IMG/VR virus record: IMGVR_UViG_3300032050_010539
Length of the DNA stretch: 64,000 bases
Source of the DNA: a virus
Direction: 5' to 3' (one strand)
Made by a program: the position numbers and the translations under genes. Within the stretch, counting starts at the first letter, position 1. Each line of letters begins with the position of its first letter. Below, piece after piece: positions 1 through 7,948 of this stretch. The notes under the pieces were generated by a model, which saw nothing but the letters and a program-made list of their open reading frames with translations, was not told the DNA's origin and made no database searches.

Positions 1-1463
1 TCCCGGGTTGCACTAATCCCCGGGAGGAAGTTGGGTTGTTGTAGGGAACGTATAAAACGCCCCTCGTAGTACTCGAAATCCCGGGTAGATACGCCCCAAT
101 TGGCGCACTCAAAAGCAAACTCTTGGTGCTTAATATTTGTGTACTTACGTACTTTACATGCCGTCACTAGTTGACGGAATGGCAGAGAGCGCTCCTCTGT
201 ATTTAGTTTGTGCCAGACTCGGCATATTAAGCCGAGTTCAGAAACTGAGGTAGAGCGCTGGCGTAGGCGCTCCCCCTGTGCGAATAGAAACTCGCTCAAT
301 CCCTGCCCGCCGAGGGGTAACCAGTAGGTGGCGTCATGCTCGCTGTAGCCGAGCTTGGCCATCTTACTGAGCCACTCCTCAGAGCGGCCTCCAAAAGTAA
401 CCACCAATGGGACAATGTACTCTAGAGGATTCTCACGTAGCAATAGCTTATTAGCTGCTGTTACCTTCAAGGTAGGTATATGCCCGCCCTCCCCAAATAT
501 AGTTTCTTCGTTTTCTTTAAAGGCCTTGAGCAGAGGGCGCTCAATAGCACAACTAAGTTCCCCGTACAATTTACGGAGGGCTAGGCGCTTGTGCCCATTA
601 AGCCACAGGTACTGAGCTATGGCCGTGCGCCCCAAGTGGCACACCTCATTAAAGCGCTGCCAGAACGCATTAACGCGTTCGGTACGGGAACGGCGGCGTG
701 CCCGATCCCATTGTTTCCCCTCCTCTTTCCAGATGACCCCAGCAAGGGCTCGGAGGTCTGGGCGGGACTTGTACAGAGTTCCCAGCCGTACAGCCAGAGA
801 CTTAGGAATCTCTGTATTGTACTTCCACACGCTCGCAGCTGGGATTAGATCCCAGACGTTACCAATGCGGGTGGAAACAGGCATACGAACTAGTACACGC
901 TTAACCCAAATGGGTAAGCGGTTATAGTTCGGGGTGCATGCTACTGCCAATACCGTACTGTGGTCTGGTTGGTAACCAGAGTTCCATACCCGCCCAGGGG
1001 CGCGGACACCCTCCCATAGAGGGAGAAAGCGCTTTACTTCCCACCAGTGTTTAACACCTAGATCTACTAGGCGTTCAGCTAACTGAGGAGTTCTTAGCTC
1101 CTCGAACCAAATTCCCTCTTTCTCGTAGGGGAGTTTAATACCTTCGTTTAAATGAAGGTATCGGATAAGGCGGAGGCGCACTTTATTTGCTTCCTTTGCC
1201 TCCTCCAAGGCTACTTCTCGGGTGATGACCCGAGAGATAATCCAGCGCTGGGAGCTAGATAGACTATTCCACTCCTCCCATTCACTCCAGGGAGTGAATG
1301 GATTGAGTTCCAGCCACTCCCGGAACTCAAGTAAAACGTTATAAAGAGAGAAGTAGTAGGGAGCGGGGTCAGCTCCCAACTCAGCTCCCAACTCCCACTC
1401 AAAGGAGTAGGCAAGCTGAATACGGCCCGCTTTGGTTTTGGCAGATTTGATAAACTTAGACAT
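1..1463 (-). CDS. Hypothetical phage protein, over 487 aa, runs off the left edge (absent from the ORF track)
   Basis: Manual translation from ATG 1463 (MSKFIKSAKTKAGRIQLAYSFEW...) is open to base 1; GGAGG RBS 8 nt upstream; divergent from the rest of the window. Confidence 0.85.
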   Translation of the reverse strand, partial: MSKFIKSAKTKAGRIQLAYSFEWELGAELGADPAPYYFSLYNVLLEFREWLELNPFTPWSEWEEWNSLSSSQRWIISRVITREVALEEAKEANKVRLRLIRYLHLNEGIKLPYEKEGIWFEELRTPQLAERLVDLGVKHWWEVKRFLPLWEGVRAPGRVWNSGYQPDHSTVLAVACTPNYNRLPIWVKRVLVRMPVSTRIGNVWDLIPAASVWKYNTEIPKSLAVRLGTLYKSRPDLRALAGVIWKEEGKQWDRARRRSRTERVNAFWQRFNEVCHLGRTAIAQYLWLNGHKRLALRKLYGELSCAIERPLLKAFKENEETIFGEGGHIPTLKVTAANKLLLRENPLEYIVPLVVTFGGRSEEWLSKMAKLGYSEHDATYWLPLGGQGLSEFLFAQGERLRQRSTSVSELGLICRVWHKLNTEERSLPFRQLVTACKVRKYTNIKHQEFAFECANWGVSTRDFEYYEGRFIRSLQQPNFLPGISATR

Positions 1464-1499
1464 AGAATTGTCCTCCTGGGACTAAAATTCACCAGAAGG

Positions 1500-1520
1500 A
1501 AAAAGGGGCCCGCAGGCCCT
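1500..1520 (-). terminator. Short GC hairpin plus U-tract upstream of the leftward gene
   Basis: Minus strand reads AGGGCC-TGCG-GGCCCC-TTTTT (5-bp stem). Confidence 0.35.
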
Positions 1521-1614
1521 ATTATTAATGCTATACCATCATCTACTTGAAGCAAATGATATCAATACCCAAGAGGATCGAGCATCCCTATATTAGTTGG
1601 AATGGATAACCTCT

Positions 1615-1794
1615 GGGTGGGGGAGGGGGTATACCCTATAATACACCAAAATACCGCCAGCAAATATCGAGAATCTAAGAGCTCTAGGTATTAATACGTA
1701 TATAGTTTAATACCGCCAGCAGGAGGGTGGGGGAGGGGGTATACCCTATAATACACCAAAATACCGCCAGCAAATATCGAGAATCTAAGAGCTC
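1615..1794. repeat. Two identical 70-bp direct repeats (1615-1684, 1725-1794) in the divergent intergenic region
   Basis: GGGTGGGGGAGGGGGTATACCCTATAATACACCAAAATACCGCCAGCAAATATCGAGAATCTAAGAGCTC occurs twice, period 110; partial third copy AATACCGCCAGCA at 1709-1721; contains palindrome GGGTATACCC and TATAAT. Confidence 0.95.
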
Positions 1795-1849
1795 AGTAAT
1801 AAGCTGTAGAGGTATGGCAGTATGGAGCAGTTATATAGGAGGTAATGAT

Positions 1850-2476
1850 ATGTTAAAGGACATCAAAGGAACAGTGAAGATAGAGGACCTAAGTGAAGAG
1901 CAAATAAGAGAATTACAGAGGAGGCTAGGGATACAGCAGACAGGAATAATGGGGCCAATGACGAGGAAGGCCTGGGAGGACTGGAAGAGGAGTAAGGGTA
2001 TGGGGGAACCGGGGTTAATAGGGCCGGGTTCTATAGGTCTATTACTAGAGGAGATAGACTGGACGGATATGACGAGTAAGGTAAGCAAGTACTTTACTGT
2101 GGGAGAGGTAACGAAGCGGCAGGCGGCGCGCATACCAACGAGTAAGGTCATCCAGGACAATATAGTGAGACTAGCTAAGGAGTTAGATAAGGTAAGGGAG
2201 GAGTGGGGTAAGCCCATTATAGTAACGAGTTGGTATAGGCCCCTCGCGATTAACAGGGCAGTAGGAGGAGTGGATAATAGTCAGCATATAGAGGGGTTAG
2301 CGGTAGACATAGTGCCCATAGACCCCGTCGAACTAATCGAGTTCGAGAGGTGGTTAGACGAACATTGGTACGGTCCGCTGGGGTGGGGGGCCCAGAGTGG
2401 GAGGGGCTTCACGCACCTAGGGTTAACGAAAGGGTGGAGAGCAGGAGGAAAGAAGGGGCCCCGCTGGAGATACTAA
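1850..2476 (+). CDS. Endolysin: PG-binding domain plus peptidase M15A (Zn peptidase)
   Basis: TSWYRP..NRAVGG..NSQH..GLAVD..FTHLG motif set; N-terminal IRELQRRL..GIMGPMT PG-binding signature. Start moved to ATG 1850 (GGAGG RBS); the 1727 start lies inside the repeat. Confidence 0.85.
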   Translation: MLKDIKGTVKIEDLSEEQIRELQRRLGIQQTGIMGPMTRKAWEDWKRSKGMGEPGLIGPGSIGLLLEEIDWTDMTSKVSKYFTVGEVTKRQAARIPTSKVIQDNIVRLAKELDKVREEWGKPIIVTSWYRPLAINRAVGGVDNSQHIEGLAVDIVPIDPVELIEFERWLDEHWYGPLGWGAQSGRGFTHLGLTKGWRAGGKKGPRWRY

Positions 2477-2533
2477 TGCCTACCCCTCCCCACACAAGAC
2501 AAGGAGCATTAGCATACTGATACAAATAGAAGT

Positions 2534-3289
2534 ATGCTAAGAAACATTGATAGAGCAATGCGGCTGCAAGAGTTAAATAGTCAGCAGGTGCGGGAGCTAC
2601 AACAGGAGCTAGGTGGTTTAGTAGTAGATGGAGTAATGGGGCCGAGGACAGAGGCTAGGTGGAAGGAGTGGAAGAAGGCAAATAATCAAGCAGAGCCCAA
2701 CCTAATAGGACCAGGCTCTGTGCGTCTATTACTATCAGATGAGGAAGTAATGACGAGAGGAGAGTACGATCTAGCGTTAGCCCCCGCCTCTAAGAAAGAT
2801 AGGGATCGATACTACAGGCCTCTAATGGCAGCGATGGAGGAGTGTAATATAAAGGGGCCCGCGCGTATGGGGATGTTCTTAGCTCAGCTGATGCACGAGT
2901 CGGGGAACCTACGTTACGATGAGGAGATATGGGGGCCCACACCAATACAGAGGGGATACGAGGGCAGGAGAGACCTCGGTAATATAAAGGTAGGAGATGG
3001 GCGAAGATTCAGGGGTAGAGGTTTATTTCAGTTAACGGGCCGGGCCAATTACCAAAACATGGGGAATATGCTAGGGCTACCGCTAGTAGATAACCCAGAA
3101 CTAGCAAGGGAGCCCGTCAACTCAGCACGCATAGCGGCGCACTACTGGAGAACACGGGGGCTAAATGAAATAGCAGACAAGAATGATATAAACGCATTCA
3201 GGCAGGTAACACGACGTATCAATGGCGGGCTGATAGGGTTATCAGATAGACTAGAGCATTGGAAAAGAATACAGGCGGTGCTGACATGA
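2534..3289 (+). CDS. Endolysin: PG-binding domain plus glycoside hydrolase family 19 (chitinase/lysozyme-like)
   Basis: FLAQLMHESG, FRGRGLFQLTGRANY and VTRRINGGLIGLSDR motifs; VDGVMGPRT PG-binding motif paralogous to the previous gene. Confidence 0.9.
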   Translation: MLRNIDRAMRLQELNSQQVRELQQELGGLVVDGVMGPRTEARWKEWKKANNQAEPNLIGPGSVRLLLSDEEVMTRGEYDLALAPASKKDRDRYYRPLMAAMEECNIKGPARMGMFLAQLMHESGNLRYDEEIWGPTPIQRGYEGRRDLGNIKVGDGRRFRGRGLFQLTGRANYQNMGNMLGLPLVDNPELAREPVNSARIAAHYWRTRGLNEIADKNDINAFRQVTRRINGGLIGLSDRLEHWKRIQAVLT

Positions 3290-3696
3290 TAACAGGAAGG
3301 TTCCGTATATATCCGAGTAGAGACAACTATATGTTAGAGGAAGACGGTCACTACTATGAGGCCCGCATTCACGACACTGTGGGATCTCTACTATTATGGG
3401 GGCACCAGAAGAGAGAGGGGCATACAGTAGACTATAAGGCCATAGTAATACCAGACGATAATATAAATGAGGACGGCCATATACATAGTAGAGTGGGATG
3501 GGTAGGGTTATGTCTTCCCTACCTAGATGCCGGTATAATAGCGCACGAGGCCCTACACATAGCCACATCATATCTGAGACTGAAGGGTCTACTTAAACTA
3601 GGAGAAGATATAGATGATGATGAAGAGACATTAGCGTATACGTTAGGTACGGTAATGAGCCAGATAGGGGCGTATATACACAAGAGATACAGATAG
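3286..3696 (+). CDS. Hypothetical protein with HExxH metallopeptidase-like motif
   Basis: IIAHEALH..DEETLAY; ATGA overlap with the upstream stop supports start 3286. Confidence 0.6.
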   Translation: MITGRFRIYPSRDNYMLEEDGHYYEARIHDTVGSLLLWGHQKREGHTVDYKAIVIPDDNINEDGHIHSRVGWVGLCLPYLDAGIIAHEALHIATSYLRLKGLLKLGEDIDDDEETLAYTLGTVMSQIGAYIHKRYR

Positions 3697-3767
3697 TATT
3701 GGCAGAGGCGGCCCCGCAAATTTATTGTAGTTCCTCTGTAATTTAATTATTTAATTAGGAGTAATTT

Positions 3768-4694
3768 ATGACGTTACCTATTGTCGGCTCGAGATACGGA
3801 TTTGCCACTTATGGTTGGCGTACATCTGAGGTTGGCGGAGCATATTTTAATATGCCTGATTTTCTTTTATTCCTGGATGCTATTGGTATCACCTCGACGC
3901 ATCGATTTGTCAGTGCAGATGGGACGCTAATTAATCTTCGATTCCCAGAGGTTGATACTGACTTAATCCAGTTGGGAAATGTAACTGAAAGTTCTAGCGA
4001 TGGGAGGTATCGGGTGTCGATGGTACGTGCTAATAATAATGTTGGAACTAACCCATTTTTCTGGTCGCTTTTGGCGCATACCTATGCCACAAGAACCCAG
4101 CTTAATGACACAAGATCTACAGTAGTAGGTACGTTTGGCGCAGTCTCAGGATACTTATACGCCTGTGCCGATGATATGGGGATTGCTATGTTCGCGGCGA
4201 CTAATACCGGATTATCTACATATAGTGGCCAAACATCTTTTCACTATTTTGGACACTGCGGGGATCCAGCATCCGTAGCTTATTTTGGCAATAATGACCG
4301 CTATCCACTGGACTATGTTGCAGTTGGATCTGGCGGTGATTTTAGAAGAATTAAGGAGATAGCATTACCTGGAACACCAGGGGGCATACAATCCCCTCAA
4401 CCTGTGGTAGTTATTGGATCTATTAATTGCGTCAATCCTACTCCTGGTGCCAATAGTACTGATCTTATGTTTAGGGACAACGGTCCCTCAGACTATGGGA
4501 CTAATTATCCCCTAGGAAGAGCCAGACCCTTTTTATTATTTATTAACCAAAATCTAGCAGTGAATAGTCTAGTAAGGGTTCTAAACGAAGAAGAACCGAC
4601 ACCAGAAGATCACTTTCACATAGTAGTTAGTAGTGTTACTGGTGGCGGCAGCATATTAATGCCAATTATTACTGAAAATTACACCTTGCCATAG
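3768..4694 (+). CDS. Putative virion/receptor-binding protein, paralog of 45058-45873
   Basis: 308-aa beta-rich ORF with AGGAG RBS; shares Y.CA...G, Y.G, YPLD, PFL and GSILM blocks with the 271-aa protein in the baseplate module. Confidence 0.55.
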   Translation: MTLPIVGSRYGFATYGWRTSEVGGAYFNMPDFLLFLDAIGITSTHRFVSADGTLINLRFPEVDTDLIQLGNVTESSSDGRYRVSMVRANNNVGTNPFFWSLLAHTYATRTQLNDTRSTVVGTFGAVSGYLYACADDMGIAMFAATNTGLSTYSGQTSFHYFGHCGDPASVAYFGNNDRYPLDYVAVGSGGDFRRIKEIALPGTPGGIQSPQPVVVIGSINCVNPTPGANSTDLMFRDNGPSDYGTNYPLGRARPFLLFINQNLAVNSLVRVLNEEEPTPEDHFHIVVSSVTGGGSILMPIITENYTLP

Positions 4695-4746
4695 CAGATT
4701 GATTGAGGGCGCAACACTTAACCTTCTCAAAGTCAATCAATACTAA

Positions 4747-5466
4747 TTAGTCTTGAGTTAGGTATGGCTTTGAAACAAGTGTCTTAAGTTTGTTGAATAC
4801 CTGTATTTTATGGGCTACGCCGTGTACCGGTATGACTATGTTCTTACCTGTATTACCATTACATTTAAGGCACGCGCTACACTGAGTCTCGTTAACTGAA
4901 TAGAGACAAGCCTGCTCTCCCCTAATAGGTAGCTCACCATCTATAGCAACCCGATAGGTAGCCCAACCCATAGAGTGGGCCAGCTTTAAATCCTCATATG
5001 ACTCTACACTAGCATGGAGATAGTTGCGCCACTCAGGGTCACAATCACGCCATCGATGAGTATAACCAGTCCATCCCGGTGCCTTATTAATTAGAGGTAG
5101 CCAAGCAGAGAGGGGCACCATAGCTGGATCGCCATAGGCTCCCAAGCGCAGGGGGAATGGTAGTGTAGTGTTCTTCCAGGTATCGAGATCACCACGTTCC
5201 CACATACGCCATAGGTTATTAGAGGCCCGCGGATCCACATAACACACCCGTTTCCGCAGAGGACAATCACCGCATATACTACTATCAGCACCAGACTGTA
5301 TATTAGATATAGGCGAGCCCTCCTGACGCAGGATATATGTCTGTATCATAAAGCCCGTCTTACGGTTCATACTGGGGCGCTGGAATCCACTGGCGAGAAC
5401 TACTATAGGTTGACTGTCCCAGAGAGAAGGACCACTCCATATAACGAGGGTACTACTTTTATACAT
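4747..5466 (-). CDS. Cys-rich putative Fe-S/radical-SAM-like phage protein (DUF7227-like)
   Basis: NRKTG, ICGDCPL..CYV, LRLGAYGDP, GYTH.W, ASVES and C-terminal C..CSACLKC motifs. Confidence 0.5.
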   Translation of the reverse strand: MYKSSTLVIWSGPSLWDSQPIVVLASGFQRPSMNRKTGFMIQTYILRQEGSPISNIQSGADSSICGDCPLRKRVCYVDPRASNNLWRMWERGDLDTWKNTTLPFPLRLGAYGDPAMVPLSAWLPLINKAPGWTGYTHRWRDCDPEWRNYLHASVESYEDLKLAHSMGWATYRVAIDGELPIRGEQACLYSVNETQCSACLKCNGNTGKNIVIPVHGVAHKIQVFNKLKTLVSKPYLTQD

Positions 5467-5493
5467 AGAATATAGTCTAGAATGGATTGAGGT

Positions 5494-5856
5494 ATGGTAT
5501 TATCATTGAAAAATATGCACACACAACTCGAAGATTGTGCTAGTCAACTACTAGTAGCAGCAGTAATCAAGAGAGATGAGGAGGCCACTGAGGCTATTCT
5601 AGATGTCATCGCCCTATTATTCAGCGAGGCCGAGCAGGTAGAAGCAGCTCATATGGCTTACAATAGCCTAGATGAGAGTGGATGTGACTGGCTTCAGGAG
5701 CAGATAGAATTGCTAGACTGCCCCTCAGCCGAGGTTAATCAGAAGGACTTGATGCAAGCACTAGAAGACGAGGGTATCTTTGTAACAGAGCAGGCCCTAG
5801 AACACACGTACGGTAAGTCGGAGCATGATGATGAAACTAATACGATTCTTAAGTAG
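5494..5856 (+). CDS. Hypothetical acidic protein
   Basis: 120-aa ORF, GAGGT RBS, first of an overlapping run. Confidence 0.65.
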   Translation: MVLSLKNMHTQLEDCASQLLVAAVIKRDEEATEAILDVIALLFSEAEQVEAAHMAYNSLDESGCDWLQEQIELLDCPSAEVNQKDLMQALEDEGIFVTEQALEHTYGKSEHDDETNTILK

Positions 5857-6106
5857 TTTACTAGCTCTAGTACGCCTACTGAGTCGAGCTCATCTTACAT
5901 GGGCCGGCCCGTATCTCACAGTAGACTATGAGGGAGTGATAATCCGCGTAGGTCAGGGGGAGTTGAGTATAGATACCAGTAATCATATGATGATTAACTG
6001 CAATCACAAGGAGGATAGTAGACCAGATGTTTCCAGCGTGCAGGATAGGAGATATGGTGAGGAGCATATGCCCCAGGATACCCGACGGGCCTTTCTACAC
6101 AGGTAG
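5825..6106 (+). CDS. Hypothetical protein with basic/hydrophobic N-terminus
   Basis: 93-aa ORF between 5856 and the PAAR gene; overlaps PAAR by 80 nt. Confidence 0.5.
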   Translation: MMMKLIRFLSSLLALVRLLSRAHLTWAGPYLTVDYEGVIIRVGQGELSIDTSNHMMINCNHKEDSRPDVSSVQDRRYGEEHMPQDTRRAFLHR

Positions 6107-6284
6107 TCCTGATACTATGATTAATGGTAGACCCGCCATACGAATAGGGGACATGTCAGTGCCGGGCCCTGCTATCACTGGTAGCCCGCGCACATTTATT
6201 AATGGCATACCCGCCGTGAGTATTATAGATAACGTCTTCTGTGGCGTTATAATAACAGGTAGCGAGGACACCTTCATAGACTAA
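6027..6284 (+). CDS. PAAR-repeat spike-tip protein
   Basis: Three PAAR-like repeats (PACRIGD, INGRPAIRIGD, INGIPAVSIID) with ITGS spacers and Cys residues. Confidence 0.9.
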   Translation: MFPACRIGDMVRSICPRIPDGPFYTGSPDTMINGRPAIRIGDMSVPGPAITGSPRTFINGIPAVSIIDNVFCGVIITGSEDTFID

Positions 6285-7192
6285 TGCTTACATTTAATAG
6301 AGATCCACAACCTGCCACCATAAGCGCACCCCCCACTACTACTAATGCCGTCATACAACAGTTCAATAGTGAATTGGAGGAGGAATGGGTAGTAGGAGAG
6401 CAGCAGGTTACCACACAGGAGGCCCGCGTGTATAGTCGACGATATCACGAGATACGCTTCAACGAAACAGATCTCGTACGATTAGATATGGTCAGCCTGG
6501 GTCAATATTCTAGTATGTATGAGGCAGATCACTACTACAGACTCATACGCCCCTTCTACGAGGACGTATACTCTGGCTCAGTGTCTAATCCCTATAATAT
6601 GGGCCCGCCCAGTGATAGTGATTTCCTGCAGTGGCAGAAGCGTATTAATACGTATAGGCAGGAGAAGCACTATAAACCTAAGTGTGTGGATACGCTGGTA
6701 TGGCAGCGTCCCGCTGATTGGCCATCACTAGGAGAGGATCAAGAGCAGGGTACCCTTCCTACTACACCCTATGTACTACCTCTAATCAATGTAGGTAAGA
6801 GGGTGGCCGCCCGTGTAGTCGTAGATCCCCCTGTATCTCACACGGTAGAGATACTACAGACTCCTGATGGGCCGGCCCAGGTAGTCAGTGGTATATTCTT
6901 ATTGCACTGGCCTATTATACGTATTAAACTACTAGAATTATCACTAGAGGCTCCCTCTACCGTAACCGTGGAGTTCTGGGGAGAGTATCTATTCTCTCGC
7001 TTCAGTCCCGAGATAAATCACTCAGGAGAGAGCGATATACTACAGCACCCCGTAGGCTCTAGTCTAGAGACCAGATTATTACCCCCCAATAGGAGCGGTA
7101 TGCCGCAGAACTTCTGGAATAACGGTGGGGATACAGCCCCATTAGTAGATGATTACTGGGCTCGCCAGGGGAATGGATCATGGACAAGCTAA
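6284..7192 (+). CDS. Hypothetical protein
   Basis: 302-aa ORF coupled (TAATG) to PAAR. Confidence 0.75.
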   Translation: MLTFNRDPQPATISAPPTTTNAVIQQFNSELEEEWVVGEQQVTTQEARVYSRRYHEIRFNETDLVRLDMVSLGQYSSMYEADHYYRLIRPFYEDVYSGSVSNPYNMGPPSDSDFLQWQKRINTYRQEKHYKPKCVDTLVWQRPADWPSLGEDQEQGTLPTTPYVLPLINVGKRVAARVVVDPPVSHTVEILQTPDGPAQVVSGIFLLHWPIIRIKLLELSLEAPSTVTVEFWGEYLFSRFSPEINHSGESDILQHPVGSSLETRLLPPNRSGMPQNFWNNGGDTAPLVDDYWARQGNGSWTS

Positions 7193-7428
7193 TACTACTA
7201 GATAAGCTAGCGCCACTAGATAAGGTGAAGTTAGAGGAGTTGGAGCCAGAGGACATGTGCCAGCTCCTACATTTATATTACCTAGATACACCAACTGATA
7301 TAGATATCCTTAGGATTAGAATAAGTAAGAGATTACTACGTGGAGTTAACCGTACCTATCTTCAGCACCTTAAGCTACTATATGTTTACTTAGGACACTA
7401 CCTTAAGAAATCAGGAGTTATACGTTGA
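7180..7428 (+). CDS. Hypothetical protein
   Basis: Overlapping operon member, phage-like codon use. Confidence 0.6.
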   Translation: MDKLILLDKLAPLDKVKLEELEPEDMCQLLHLYYLDTPTDIDILRIRISKRLLRGVNRTYLQHLKLLYVYLGHYLKKSGVIR

Positions 7429-7679
7429 TTTATATATCAATTACATTCTCACAGCATCAGTCCCTTGATTGGTCACATACAGTAGGAGAGGATGCCTTTG
7501 GCTGGCTACAGACAGCGGGGGAGGATAATATTATAGTAGAGAAGTTAGAACCATACGAGGCAGTACTAGCTATAGAAGATGATATAGCGGATAATATAGG
7601 ATATATATGCGCCATGCTAATAGAGTACGGCGTAGTAGAATTTAATGTTCACGTAAGTCCTACTCAATTAGCATGGTAA
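7425..7679 (+). CDS. Hypothetical protein
   Basis: TTG start with AGGAG RBS, coupled to the upstream stop. Confidence 0.6.
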   Translation: MIYISITFSQHQSLDWSHTVGEDAFGWLQTAGEDNIIVEKLEPYEAVLAIEDDIADNIGYICAMLIEYGVVEFNVHVSPTQLAW

Positions 7680-7948
7680 CACTCTCAGACTACAAACTCA
7701 CATACGAGATAACATCACTACCGACTATAATATTCGCTGGGATGACCGCGGCGGATGAGCCATTTCACTTCACTCGCTTTGAGGTGCCCCCCATTAATGG
7801 TCCTATCGAGTGCCGCTTTTCACTATTCGATAAGTCAGGTAATTTAATAGAGTTATCTAATCAATATGTGCACAGTACTACGCTAGTGGCTACCTGCAAT
7901 ATAGTGCCACTGCGTATGATAGAGAAGCTAGTTAAACCAGATCCATAG
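7673..7948 (+). CDS. Hypothetical protein
   Basis: Last of the operon; 17-nt convergent overlap with the giant ORF. Confidence 0.6.
   Translation: MVTLSDYKLTYEITSLPTIIFAGMTAADEPFHFTRFEVPPINGPIECRFSLFDKSGNLIELSNQYVHSTTLVATCNIVPLRMIEKLVKPDP

Noticed and set aside
355-1555. Track ORFs 355-615, 591-848, 619-927 and 1211-1555
   Set aside because: Shadows or off-frame overlaps of the long minus-strand gene starting at 1463.
1615-1794. CRISPR or IS terminal repeats
   Set aside because: Only two 70-bp direct copies and no transposase nearby.
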